From Basidiobolus meristosporus CBS 931.73 (Eukaryota > Fungi > Basidiobolomycota), in assembly GCA_002104905.1 (NCBI GenBank), contig MCFE01000140.1, forward strand, positions 1 through 64,000: a stretch of DNA of 64,000 nt, in the 5' to 3' direction. Positions 1 through 11,957 of this stretch are shown piece after piece. The position numbers were made by a program, and so were the translations under genes. The notes beneath the pieces are model-generated. The model searched no databases. It was given only the letters and a program-made list of their open reading frames with translations, and was not told the DNA's origin. Each line of letters starts with the position of its first letter. Position 1 is the stretch's first letter.

Positions 1-800
1 CCTGCATCTCAAGTTTTACGGTCATACGGTGGGCCACAGTTCCACCAAACGATCGTATAGTCCATGGGACTGAATGAGTCGTATTTGATCAATGTAATTA
101 CCTGCCAAAGTGTCGATGCTTGTATACTGTAATATAAGTGCCTTGCAAGACCAACCAAGGATCAGCACAATCCGAATATGGGGTGAATACAGAACAATGG
201 AGACCGGTTGCCATTTGGTTTGACAGGCAGCATCACACTGCATGCATCCTCATGATTAATATCTTGTTACGGACCTATTCTTCCATGATGGGAGCTTGGA
301 ACATTGTTCTCAACTTCAGTTCGAATCCTGCCTTTCAAATAGACCGCGAGCAATGAATGAACACCAAGGATGTAGAAGTTGTCATAACGCCCAACCTTTT
401 CGATATTAAGGAGCTCCTCCCAGATGGTATCTCGCCAACGGACATTGGTACGGGTTAAATAGTCGTGTACGACACCAGTTCCACCGATATGAAGCCCACC
501 AAGAGCCCCAATGGCACTGGCTTCCCGTGCGAGTCTAATAAGGTCCACCACCACCTACAAACGTATCCACTTGCGTTTTCCCTCTATCTGCCTATAGGCC
601 TCGGCCCATCAAATCAAGGGGGATTGGGGTGATCTTCATCAAACCCTCACCCTGGGCTTGGCGCATGTAGGGTTCTAGTACCAACATTTCACTCCCTGAC
701 TTCAGTGGCCACAGTACTGCCATAAAGAAGTGAGGTCCACAAGCTGATGACGGTCGCGTCGAAGGAGAGTGATGATAGCCCAACAGTACCTTGCCTAGAT
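1..800 (-). pseudogene. Fragmented NRPS module relic (adenylation - PCP - thioesterase), runs off the window edge
   Basis: Manual minus-strand translation across shifting frames gives A-domain pieces LSSLSFDATVISLWTSLLYGSTV (~700-780), [17 protein letters not shown] and [19 protein letters not shown] (the GELYIGG.GVARGYL motif). The PCP reads [28 protein letters not shown] (GGHSL-like, ~300-420) and the TE reads SIDTLAGNYIDQIRLIQSHGLY (~60-125). There are stops, frameshifts and large internal deletions. Confidence 0.8.
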
Positions 801-1421
801 GCATATATTCGCACTGCCTGGTGCAAATAGTTACACACGCCACTACGGGGGACCAAAACTCTTGGTAGTATATATGAGATAAGGATTGCTCTTGGTTGTA
901 ATGATGTGATGGAAGAACATTAGAGCGTAAATATCCTAGATATTGTCTATTCCCTCTTGTACTTGATTCAAGATAAAACCAATTTCCCTCTGAGTTAAGT
1001 TGATGAGTGGTGGCACTTCAGAGTAATTTGAGTAGTGTTATTAATGAGGCTACATGGTGCTGATGTTATTGTTATAGGGTCCAAATTAAGAGATTGGGCA
1101 ACTACATTTGAGGAAGGTCTCTCAAAACTTTAATGAATTAACAAGTCCAACTTAACATGATGAAGGTGCTTAATCAATTGTACAGCTAGCAGAGCATGAT
1201 CTCCTGGCATGAAAAAGCTGTCATGACATACAACTTTCTCAATTCCAAGAAGCACATTCTAGATCTCAGCTTAAGTCTGTGCTATTGCTGGGCAAACTAT
1301 ATCATCTGTGAATATTAATAGGTACTTTAACAAATGGAAATGTCCATTAATGCTTAACTACAACCCTTTTCTATTCTCTCAGTTAAGGCCTCACCACCAC
1401 AGTCAAGTGACCTTACCATTA

Positions 1422-1770
1422 CCTTGTAAAAATTTGGAATTCCACCTAAATATTCACTTAACTTAGTCACTTAGATCATTACCTTCAAATCCTAGAGAAT
1501 ACTGACAAAATTTCTAGTTGGGATTTACTTAGAATATATTCACCAAAATATCAGGTACCCAGAACATGAGTATTAGATAAGTTGCCCAAACAGCCCTAAA
1601 CTGTGCGCACATGTTCTTGGGACCTGCCTAAACATATTCTGTGTGCTTGTTATGCCAAGATCATGTAAAAGTACCAATACTACCTTTATATTCAATAAAT
1701 CATAAAGTTAAAATCACATAAACTACTTGCTCTCCCAATCACTTCTAATATTGCCCAGACTCTTACAACA
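1422..1770 (+). mobile_element. Ty1/copia solo LTR (diverged copy of the 35993-40669 element LTR)
   Basis: Collinear with the LTRs at 35993 and 40322 (ccacctaaatattcac...caggtacccagaacat...gactcttacaaca). The 3' end ACAACA is intact; the 5' TG is eroded. Confidence 0.85.
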
Positions 1771-1809
1771 TACCTAGCATAATGACTTTATTCTTGCTTC
1801 CTTGCTGGC

Positions 1810-2520
1810 ACCAAATATCATAGGATGGTCATCATATGCTTTGGGTATAAGTCAACTGAGTTTTTGGACATCCATAAGAGAGAAAATAAGCCAAATATCA
1901 GCTAAATCTTGGTATAATATCAGCAGAATTCCAAATTTCCAAAAATAAACAACTTTTCATATCTCAGGTTCTTGCTGTTTTGCTGACAAGCAGACTTACT
2001 CTCCAGGAGAGGGCTAAGCTGACTAATATCCATATCAATTGTTTTAATTAATCACTCACTGCTTCCACATTTATGTACAACTGAGAAATTGAAGGAAAAG
2101 CACTAGCATATTGACAGCAATATACTGACAGAATACCTGCAAAATATCATATAAAATACAAACACAAGTCTTTTGAAAGGGGAGCTCAGGGTGCAAATTA
2201 TTCTAACAATATTTGTATGGTGTCCTGATAAAACCAAGACTTCCTGCTGATAGGAATAAAGCCCTGTGATGGTCTTTTAACAGGATGATCAAAGTTTTAT
2301 TTCATGGAGTGGCATATTTAACATTGTGGAATCATTCCAAGTGTTGCCAATAAAGCTCATTAGGACCCTGGTCAATGTACAAATTCTGACCTTCTTGCAC
2401 TAAATCAACAACAAACTAAGCAGATTGAAGCACAAATGTGGGGGCCATTTTGTTGAGCATCCTCAGCCAATAAGGTATTAGTAGTCCATCTAGCCCAGTG
2501 TTATCCAACACCAACACTAA
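1810..2520 (-). pseudogene. Probable non-LTR (LINE) reverse transcriptase remnant
   Basis: Degenerate motifs appear in RT order on the minus strand: TGLDGL, SQGFIP..DTIQIL, QLSPLL, KAYDD (YADD-like). There are many stops. Motif matching was by eye only. Confidence 0.4.
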
Positions 2521-2657
2521 CTTCAGGAGTACACACCAGTGTAGGTAAGTTTATTTATTGGACCAAATGGTCTCACACTACATTAATGAATAATGGGTAT
2601 GGCTTTGAACAATTTTATTTGAGACATTTAAATACTTATCCTAATATCTGTAAAGAG

Positions 2658-4000
2658 TTACTGAGCATTATTTGTTTTCTCATATACCACCTTCAAGTAC
2701 TTAGTATAGCAGTCTTTACACACTGGATGACCAGGGTTGCAACTACATGAGAACTCAACCATAGTGCCTGTAACATGAGCAGCAGTACAAGCTAATCTAC
2801 AACACTTTAAGCCATAACCTTCACTCATTGACAGGTAAGTGTGGTTTTCATCCCTTCTGGGTTGCCTCTGGCTACCCAGTGGTCCCTTGATGTCTGTACC
2901 AGCCCAATTCTTATAATATTGCAAGAACTTGTATGCTAAGACACTGTTGCAGGAGGAGTGAAGTGACAACCACACTTTTGATAAGAAAATATATGATAAG
3001 AACAATAAGCATTTGCTTCACAGATACCCAGGATGAATCCATAGAAGTGCAACTCCCATTTTTCTGTAGATATAACATCATGGTAAGATGACAAATTCTC
3101 TCAAAGGTTATTAGCAGCATCAACCAAACCTACAAATATAGTAAATTGAGCACATGCTGTTTCTTCAAGACAGGATTTTACTTACTTCTATGGGTCTCAT
3201 ATTGTTCAACCACTTCAGGTTGCTGAATAGTTATCACTCCACCATCCAGTAAGCCTTATTGTGCTGCACAAAAAAATAAATTCATTGGTCACAGGAGGCG
3301 CACACAAAGATTCTCCTGCCCCTTGTCTTATTCTTAGTGAAGTGAGCACCATACTAGTTGCCAACACTAGCAGCAACAACAGCGGTAGGCATACCAGATG
3401 GCCAGTAGCAGCGCTTAGTCACTTGCATAATGGAATACAGACCAAGTTCAGCCAACATCATTGTCATATTTGGGGATCCAAACCAAGAGTCAGCAATAAC
3501 TAATAAAACGACGGCTTGACTAGTCGCTTGACAATGGAAGTCAACTTGGACATACCAAGATCACTGTCATTTTCCTTCTGTAGCCAATCACTCCCTGTAT
3601 CTATTCTCGGGATACAAGTAGTGTGATAGTCTGCTAAAGTCTTGAATTCCTGTCCGATGGGACTTTCATAAGTTTGGGCAAACCAGCACCTAGCCATTGA
3701 TTTGTCAATGACCAAATACTTGCAGGGCTCCAAGTAAGTTTTCATATGTTCATTAAAGGCATCAACAGTGGATTTAAGCTGATACAGTGCATTGATGCTC
3801 TTGGGAAGGGATTTCAAGAATGTGCATTCTCAGAATATCTTCAAAGTTAATGTTCATTAAGAAACAACAAGATCCTTGCTTCTAGCAAGCTTTTTGGCTT
3901 GGTTGATGCAATCCACATCACGTACTCGGCAAATGTAATGTCAGTCCAGGGGCCAATGCTAGTTGTAAAACGAATATAATGCATTATCAAAACAACTCCA
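2658..4000 (-). pseudogene. piggyBac-like (DDE_Tnp_1_7) transposase pseudogene with a Cys-rich C-terminal domain
   Basis: Motifs LVIDKSM..PIGQEFKTLAD, VIADSWFGSP..LYSIMQVTKRCYWP and VDAANNL..SYHDVISTEKWELHFYGFILGICEANA; C-terminal CSCNPGHPVCKDC. In-frame stops and frameshifts are present. No TIRs were identified. Confidence 0.7.
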
Positions 4001-5528
4001 AAAAAGAAATATTCAGATTCTTGTTTATCAGAATATGATATGAAATCAACAAAGAAAGACACCCATTCAGAAAACACATTTATATTTATGTTTATAAACA
4101 TGCTTAAAATACTTTGGCCCTTTAGCTTCATTTCTGTTGTAACAAACACTATCGGCCCCTTCACTTGGACACTGAGTTTGGAGATGTTGGGAATGTATGC
4201 ACCTTCTCCGGTGTCCGGACCAATCCCTTAAGCCATATCGCTTACCTCGCTGTTTGCAGCGAAGGTACTCTCGCAGGCAATGTACAACCATCCTTTGCAA
4301 ATTACCAGCAACGAATCCATATATGTATATAACCCAAAATATGTGTAGATCTTGGTAAGATGGCATGTGTACTTATTTCCGAGTCTGATGGATTGAAATT
4401 TGGTGATATGGTGGAGACAGTGACTTACTGATCGTCGTTGTGGTTGTGCTAATACTTCACTTGTTAGCCTGCATTCCTTATCGTGTTCCAAGATTGCGCA
4501 ATATAGCATCATAAACATTATAATAATATGGCTACGGTTTGCCCTTAAGGGTAGTGTAAATTCCCTCGCATATTAGTATTCAATAAGCCAGTAACTAATC
4601 ATGGATATCTTCTAGTGCTTCTGCTCCAAACTGACCATTTCTTTTCAAAAGCTGGCTTACCAGTGGTTGAATTTGCCTTGTTGCTACTCTAGCTTTGAAC
4701 CGGTGGCTACCCATACCTGCCAGTTTTGTGGGCTTTTATTCAGCCACTCCTGCTTCCTAAACTACCTGGAGACCCTGAGTGGCATACATTTTTGTATTTA
4801 GGGATTTCCATGCAAGCATATGATCATTTATTTCTTAATAGAACCTACCTCAAAACCAACAAGTGCAAAGGAAAAACTGAAAATGTGTTGATGACTTAGA
4901 GTGAACCTACTGGAAGCTCCTCACTAGCATCAATGGATCACGTTTGATCATCAGTGTCTAGCAACCCATTGGGGCCACACAACTGTGTATAAACCCAAGG
5001 CCTTACCATATTGAGGTATAACTATATGAAGACCACTATCTTCTGCTTCCATATACAAAGCAAAGAACCTAACCATTGATTTTTTAATAGTTTGGGATTT
5101 CTTGGTAACAGTTAGGTGGAGAGCCCAACACAAGAATTTGGGCAGCTAGAAGACTAGCACAATATTCACATGTTGATTTGTTACTAAATATCTATACATG
5201 AGGTAGGATGGATGCTTAGAACGCGTAGAGAAGAGTCTTAGGAAGTGGTGTATAGAGTTTGGAGTCATTGCAATGAGTTTGATAATCTTGATAACTGACT
5301 ATAGGCTTTGTCATATATATGAGCTACGAAGTAATATTCCACAATACTGAAACTTTAAATTGTCAGATGTTGGCGGCAAAGAAAAAGGCATTACGGAACA
5401 TATGGTGATACAAGGTACCATTTTGGCAACACTCTTTGCCGCAGTTATATCACAATAGAATTCGAGGTTGGGAAAGAACCTCGTACACTCTACCAGTATT
5501 TTCTCACTTTTGGCGACATAACGACAAA

Positions 5529-5861
5529 ATGGATTCTCTACAGGTGGGGGATATGTTTTGGGTATTTGCTGCTGCGGAAAAGGTACTCAGCTGCAATGAC
5601 AACGATGAGCTCTGTTTTGTCGACGCCTCGACTGTATCGTTGGATGAGCAAGTACTTCTGCTATGCGGTAATAAAAGACAAAGGGACAGCTTCTACTTGA
5701 CCTTCAAGCACAAGAGGGGCTTTCTTGGCACAAATTCGAACGGAAGGCTGATCAACGGCTTGCCATTCTATAGCAGAGGTTGCTTTACGACAGAAAGCTT
5801 TTCAAAAGCACTTGGTTGCCAGTTTACAATACGCAAGCAGCCTACAACTGATCAAGACTAG
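5529..5861 (+). CDS. Possible small hypothetical protein (110 aa from ATG) or gene relic
   Basis: ATG-started ORF inside the 5436-5861 track ORF, in a locally CpG-retaining patch. No recognisable motif. Confidence 0.25.
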   Translation: MDSLQVGDMFWVFAAAEKVLSCNDNDELCFVDASTVSLDEQVLLLCGNKRQRDSFYLTFKHKRGFLGTNSNGRLINGLPFYSRGCFTTESFSKALGCQFTIRKQPTTDQD

Positions 5862-6235
5862 GAGTAATGTGTAGTTGACGCAACCGAAGCAAACCAACAT
5901 TCACTAATCAACAATAAAGTAAATAAATCACGTTGTTCCAATTTGACCAGTATCTCATCAATGCGCATAGACCTTGCTATTGAGGCAATTGGTCAAGCCT
6001 AAGTCATGGATTCAGAATGCTTTAATGCAGCAAAGTTGTTTCGTTGGCGTTTTTCGGGAAAGTTGGTACAAACTAGAGATGTTTATCAAGACAATAGGAT
6101 GCGGGTGCTAATCAGGACTGTATGGCAATGTGATAAATAGGACTTGGCTACCAACCTGTATAAATAGGACTATTCCCGGTCTAATTAAACTCATTGAGCG
6201 CTTATAAACAACGTATTATACAAGCCACTGCTACT

Positions 6236-7537
6236 ATGATGGTCGGGTCACCGTTTCGTTTGCTCCAGCCGGCTACGCCACTTCCTTCGCAAGCAATCCA
6301 GCTTAATGATGTTGATTTATTTCAACTGCCGTTCTATGTCTATCCTACATTCATCTTCCGGAATGATGATCGGTTGTCCCAGTTTCTACCCACCGAGAAG
6401 TTGATAGAAGGCTTGCGACAAGCCTTGAACCACTTTCCAATTCTGTACGGCCGCCTAGGCAGGACTGCGGCTGATGGGGTTGAGGTTCAGCCTTCCGGTG
6501 AAGGTGTTCCGGTCTATGAAAGCCAGACGGATACCAGTGTGCAGGATCTTGAGCCTCATTGGTGCTGTTCGGATATCCCAGTGGATTCAGATAGCTACAA
6601 ATTGGATGCGCAACAAGGGGATCCACTATGCGTAGTACAGATCACTCGTTTCGCTGGCAATACGGGAATTGCCCTCACGGTGATTTTACACCATTTCTGT
6701 GTGGACATCTTCAGTGCTGCTCAATTCACTCGCACATGGGCCGACTTCGTGCGCGGGTGCAGTCCACCTGAGTGTGTACAAAACCGAGCTCTACTTCAAG
6801 CAAGACCCACTGGTAATTCCACCCCGCCACCCTCTGTTGACACCTCCGCTTCGATGCAAAAGCCGAGAACGGTGGCGTTGGTTCTTGCCTCCGCGAAGAA
6901 CCTGAACAAGCTCAAGGAGGATGTGCAGGCCACCCTGCCTGCTGGGGAGAAGTTTTCGGTCCCGTGGATCTCGACACTGGATGCCCTGCATGCACTGCTA
7001 ATCGATGGATACCTACGTTTCGATGATTCGGGCGACGACCGTATCATCGCGGTGCAAGTCAACATTCGAAACCGGGCACCAAGCAGAATCCCAGCGAACT
7101 ACTTTGGAAATGCAGTGCTTCCCATCACGATTCAGGTAAGCGCCAAAGACGTGCTATCCCAGCCATTAGGCTATGTCGCAGCAAAAGTTCGCCACGAAAT
7201 CAACCAGCTGGACGAGGAGGCAGTGCTGGCCATGATCGATCGACTTGGCGATGACCCATTCGGGTGGCCAACACACGAATCATTGATGCGTACCTTCAAC
7301 ACGATGGACCTTGGCCTGACTGATTGGTCCAAAGCGAATCTATACGCCATTGACTTTGGCCACGGCCCACCAACTAGGTTCAGGGTGGCTAAGCGTAAAC
7401 AAGGCCCTCCTGCTATGTACATAGAAACCCCGCCGGATCTCGACGGCCTTGAGATATTCGTGACGATCCCAACCGATTTCTTTGAGCAATTCAGAACCGA
7501 TCCGCAGCTTAACAAATACCTAACCATCCTGAGCTAG
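6236..7537 (+). CDS. BAHD/transferase-family acyl-CoA acyltransferase (trichothecene 3-O-acetyltransferase/HCT-like), intronless
   Basis: HXXXD motif (HFCVD), YFGNA and DFGHG (DFGWG variant). First in-frame ATG is at 6236, with TATAAATA at ~6160. Confidence 0.9.
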   Translation: MMVGSPFRLLQPATPLPSQAIQLNDVDLFQLPFYVYPTFIFRNDDRLSQFLPTEKLIEGLRQALNHFPILYGRLGRTAADGVEVQPSGEGVPVYESQTDTSVQDLEPHWCCSDIPVDSDSYKLDAQQGDPLCVVQITRFAGNTGIALTVILHHFCVDIFSAAQFTRTWADFVRGCSPPECVQNRALLQARPTGNSTPPPSVDTSASMQKPRTVALVLASAKNLNKLKEDVQATLPAGEKFSVPWISTLDALHALLIDGYLRFDDSGDDRIIAVQVNIRNRAPSRIPANYFGNAVLPITIQVSAKDVLSQPLGYVAAKVRHEINQLDEEAVLAMIDRLGDDPFGWPTHESLMRTFNTMDLGLTDWSKANLYAIDFGHGPPTRFRVAKRKQGPPAMYIETPPDLDGLEIFVTIPTDFFEQFRTDPQLNKYLTILS

Positions 7538-7560
7538 AAATGCAATAAACTTTCCGAACG

Positions 7561-7653
7561 TCAATGCTATTATTCAGCCCATTTATGGTTACTTTCAACG
7601 CTATTATTTAGCCCATTTATGATTACTTTCAATGCTATTATTCAGTCCATTTA
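7561..7653. repeat. 34-bp tandem repeat, ~2.7 copies
   Basis: The unit tcaatgctattattcagcccatttatggttactt repeats directly with a few substitutions and no spacers. Confidence 0.9.
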
Positions 7654-7874
7654 TCAATGCTCGCGACATATATACAGTGTAACGAGATATGATTCAGCTA
7701 ACTAGCACCAGTAATACATCCGTGGTGATGACTATAGTATTAGACAGTATGACGGATATCATTGTGGCTTGTCTACGTTTAGGGTTGCAACGTTTCAGAA
7801 TGAGGAATGCTCGTTTCAAGGGCCGATTCCATATATAAAGGGTTGGTTGCAGATTGGCAGCTACTGCCAAAGAA

Positions 7875-8267
7875 ATGAGGTTCTCTCTCCCCTACGCTTC
7901 CACTTTGTTGCTCCTTGTTCAGGGTATCCACTGCATGGATCAGCGCACGGAAGTTCGAGTGAAAGTGGATGTGGATAATAAGATATACAATGACGAAAGG
8001 AATGTCGAGCCTTTCTCCCTGTTTCTTCGCGACACTGACAAGCTGCTAGGGCGTTTCAGAGAGGAGATCCGAGCCGAACACGAACGCCGGGTGCGCTCTC
8101 GGCACCAAGCGTTGCATAAGATCAGCATCCTAGAGGAAGAGATCAAGCGTCGTTGGAACCACGCAAGGAAGCATCTTCCCTACCACAGACATAGCAGATG
8201 GGAAAAGCAGGTTAACAACCTTCTCCACATGCTTCGAAAAGTTCGAAAGATGATCAAGAACCTATGA
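7875..8267 (+). CDS. Small secreted orphan protein (130 aa) with a basic, helical C-terminus
   Basis: Signal-peptide-like start MRFSLPYASTLLLLVQGIHC; Arg/Lys/His-rich helical tail; TATATAAA at ~7832 and AATAA just after the stop. Confidence 0.7.
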   Translation: MRFSLPYASTLLLLVQGIHCMDQRTEVRVKVDVDNKIYNDERNVEPFSLFLRDTDKLLGRFREEIRAEHERRVRSRHQALHKISILEEEIKRRWNHARKHLPYHRHSRWEKQVNNLLHMLRKVRKMIKNL

Positions 8268-8702
8268 TCAGCAACTTCGCAATAAATATTCTGATTCACA
8301 GCCCAATTTGATTAGCAGTCTTTTGAAGAGTAAACGTGATAGGTTCACAGTTGGAGGAACGAATAAGACTTGTGGAGAGCGGCACCCTGCATCATAAACA
8401 CCTAGCTTACATTGAAAGCGCTCTCACTGGCCACCACACTGTGTAAGAAGCTCTGATCTGCAACATGCAGTCAGTCTTGTGTTCGTAATGGCATCCAACC
8501 TGCAAAAGCTCTAGGAACACTCGACACTCCAATCAAATGAGACGTTGGTGGCTAATAAAATTTCCAGGCCTCCTGGTAACACTAGATAGATCAGGAAAAT
8601 GACGTTGCCAAGCGCATTATCCAGTCATCGGGGTTTAAAAGCACTCCTTTGGCTCGGAAACCTAGGAAACGTTCTCGGTGCTACTAGCTAATACCAATTA
8701 TT

Positions 8703-10320
8703 ATGATTCCACAAGTAATTCCCGTCCTGCGTGTTCGGCCAAACCCCTACTAATGGCTTGTGTTAGTTGGAAGGCAACAGTTTGCTCAAAGAAGCTGCTT
8801 TCATAAACGGCAAGTTCGTCGAGGCCTCTTCAAGCGAGCGCTACACAGTAAAAGGTCGAGAACAGTTGGCCAGGGCTATGGGAAACCCTCGACTAATCTT
8901 TGTGTTATACAGATCCCGCGACTGGTATGGCACTTGGAGAGGTACCTGAAATGAACGGTGAAGACTGCAAAGCTGCCATTGAAGTTGCCACTACTGCCTT
9001 CAAGACTTGGAAGAAAACCACCGCAAAGGTATGCGTTTGAAATTCAGTGCGGGGGGCTTGCCTAACGTTCGTGAATGGTAGTCGAGAAGCGACCTGTTGG
9101 AAAAATGGTATCAGCTTATAATCCAAAACAAAGAGCCCTTGGCGCAGATTCTTACTGCTGAGAACGGGAAAAATCTGGTGGAGGCCCGTGGGGAAATCGA
9201 CTACGGCGCCTCCTTCATTAAGTGGTTTGCTGAGGAAGCCCGTCGGTCATACGGAGACGTAATTCCCGCCCCAGCACCTGATAAGCGTCTCTTGGTGATC
9301 CAACAGCCTGTAGGCGTGGTGGGAGTCGTTACCCCTTGGAACTTCCCTAACGCCATGATCACGCGGAAGCTTGGCGCAGCCCTGGCGGCTGGATGCACAA
9401 CAGTTCTCAAGCCAGCACCAGAAACTCCATTCTCGGCACTGGCGCTCTGTGAGCTTGCCAATCAAGCAGGCATCCCAGCAGGGGTCATCAATATCGTCAC
9501 AACAAGCAAGTACACAAAAGAGGTAGGGAAGGAGCTAGCCACCAGCGAAAAAGTGCACAAATTGACCTTCACTGGGTCCACGGCGGTCGGCAAATTGCTG
9601 ATGGAGCAAGGAGCCTCAACCATCAAAAGAATCTCGTTGGAGCTGGGGGGAAATGCGCCGTTCCTTGTTTTCGACGATGCCGATTTAGATGCAGCAGTCG
9701 ACGGAGCGATTGCCTGCAAGTTCCGCAACACTGGACAGACCTGTGTATGTAGCAACCGAATGCTGATCCAATCGGGGATCTATGAGGAATTCTCCAGGAG
9801 ACTGATCGAGAAGGTGAAGAAGTTCAAGGTCGGGCATGGGTTTGAAGACGGGGTCACCCAAGGCCCGTTGATCACCGAGGCGGCGGTGGCCAAGGTGAAG
9901 CGGCATGTTGATGATGCCGTGTCCAAAGGAGCCACGCTTGCACACGGGGGTAGGCACATGGGAGGAAACTTCTATGAGCCCACTGTACTCCTAGACATGA
10001 ACACGTCGATGGTGATCTCTTCGGAAGAGACTTTCGGGCCAGTGGCCGCTCTATACAAATTCGAGAGCGAGGAGGAGGCCATTGAGCTGGCCAACGACAC
10101 ACCATTTGGATTGGCGGGGTACTTCTACAGCAGAGACATGGGTCGTATATGGCGAGTGGCTGAGGCGATGGAGGTTGGCATGGTGGGAGTGAATTCCGGA
10201 TCGGTGGGCTTCGAGTCGGCACCGTTCGGGGGCATCAAACAATCCGGACTAGGCCGCGAGGGCTCCAAATACGGGCTAGAGGAGTATCTGGAGAAGAAGC
10301 TCATTTGTATGACCATCTGA
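8703..10320 (+). CDS. UGA2: Succinate-semialdehyde dehydrogenase (ALDH5/GabD), 4 exons, 484 aa
   Basis: Exons 8703-8714, 8767-8854, 8913-9028 and 9082-10320 sum to 1455 nt. ALDH motifs: [45 protein letters not shown]. Confidence 0.95.
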
Positions 10321-10491
10321 GAACAACAGTGGCCAAACAAGGGCCCGTGGCTGATTGGTTGAGGCAATGTAGCTGATCATGAGTAGACAAAGACACTTGC
10401 ATTGAAAGCAGGTGCCACGATGCCAGCCTGGTGACTTTCAATAAATTCTGGCCCTGAGCCCAACCAGCGTTTCATTCATTTTCTCTTCCAA

Positions 10492-11545
10492 ATGGCAATC
10501 TACGCCACAGCAAAAATGAGATTCCTCCTGGCAATCTACTCGATAGCAATTCTGCTCGTTGGCGTGGTTTCCTTTCCACAGAATCTGTTTGGGATTTCCC
10601 GGAAGTCGGGTGTTGGAATCGATCCTTCTAGGGAGACACCAGCACAGATCAAGGAGCTACACTTGCCAAACACAACGCAGCGGCTGATAGTGATAGGTGA
10701 TGTGCATGGGAGCCTGGATCCACTCAACAAACTGCTGGCCAAGTTGGACTACGATCCTCGATATGATCATCTGGTGCTGGCCGGAGACATCGTTGGTAAG
10801 GGACCAAAGTCAATAGAGGTTCTTCAGCGAGCCCGAGAAATCAATGCAAGCTGTGTAAGGGGGAATCACGACAATCTCCTTCTGGAATGGAGCCAGTTTC
10901 TTCAGCTACTCTCCAGCGCTGAAGCGGAAGGCCATAGTAGCCCATTCCCGCCCGATCTGAAACCAAAAAGCCCATATTATCCGCTAGCCAGGTAATCCCA
11001 GGCCCCTTATTATCGCACTCCTAGACCCTTTATTACTGAAATCGCCGCCTCACCTCCCACGCCCTTCATGATCGAAATCACCAACTCATGTTGAATTTAG
11101 GAAGTTGAAGGAGGAGCATCTCGAGTATCTGAAAACCTGCTCCCTCATACTGTCCGTCCCTAGATACTCGCTCTACGTGCTTCACGCTGGGATCGATCCC
11201 TCCATACCAATCGAGCGACAGGACGCCAACGTAGTCATGAATGTGAAGAATATTTTGCCCGATGGTACGCCAAGCAGAAGTAACAAACTGGGAAAACACT
11301 GGTCAGTGTTATGGAATATGAAACAGAAGGCCATAGGGGAGGCCTCCAAGACTATCATTTATGGACATCAGGCCTCTCGTGGGCTGAATATCAAGCCGCA
11401 CTCGATTGGGTTGGATACTGGATGTGTCTACGGCAAACAGCTCACCGCCATGGTGTTCCCCGGCAACAAGCTATTCAGCGTGCACTGTGAGAAGTATCAT
11501 CGAAAACCACTCTCTTTTCTGCCCATCTTCAATGACTTCATCTGA
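10492..11545 (+). CDS. PPN2: ApaH/Ppn2-like calcineurin-family metallophosphoesterase with an N-terminal hydrophobic segment, 2 exons, 314 aa
   Basis: Motifs GDVHG, GDIVGKGP, VRGNHD, HAG, GHQA and LDTGCV. A GT-AG intron at 10992-11100 joins the two track ORFs in frame. The symbol is by family resemblance only. Confidence 0.85.
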
Positions 11546-11957
11546 GCTTAAATCCGACATCGCTTGTCTGCTGGGCACGTCAGGTAGTCTGGCCACAAAC
11601 GCATATGCGCCAGAAGAATCACCAGGCCATGGGCACTAGATTGGTTTTAGTTGTGACATTCTTGGGGTGCACATCCAATCAATTTGAGTGATCAGGAACT
11701 CCGCATGACTTTTACTTTCATTGTTACGTATTTGGAATTAATGAAATGTGGATTAGCTGGTGATTAGCTGGTGATTAGGATGTGTGAGATGCGAATAAAA
11801 GATTCCAATGAAACTCAGCTTATTCTGTCATGGATGCGTCAGGATTTCCTCACCACAATGGGGCTCATATAAATACTCCATCCATTTCTCAACGTCTCTC
11901 AGCTCAAGTTTTCTTTCTCATTTTTTTCTTTTGTCACATATACCATTCATTCCTGGT

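Noticed and set aside
841-855. CACTACGGGGG at the junction between the NRPS relic and AT-rich DNA, as a CACTA terminus
   Set aside because: I found no matching inverted end or transposase linked to it; the CACTA-like family in this window ends in CCCTA.
4542-4551. Palindrome CCCTTAAGGG as a piggyBac end
   Set aside because: The arrangement is not TTAA-CCC or GGG-TTAA, and no partner TIR was found on the other side of the transposase.
7561-7653. 34-bp repeat as a CRISPR array
   Set aside because: The units are directly adjacent with no unique spacers, the context is eukaryotic, and there are no cas genes.
9201-10367. Several antisense ORFs over the SSADH gene
   Set aside because: These are shadow frames of a GC-rich, strongly conserved sense gene.
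1-11545. Intact biosynthetic gene cluster (NRPS + acyltransferase + ALDH + phosphoesterase)
   Set aside because: The NRPS is destroyed and separated by TE relics; SSADH and the Ppn2-like gene have ordinary housekeeping explanations.
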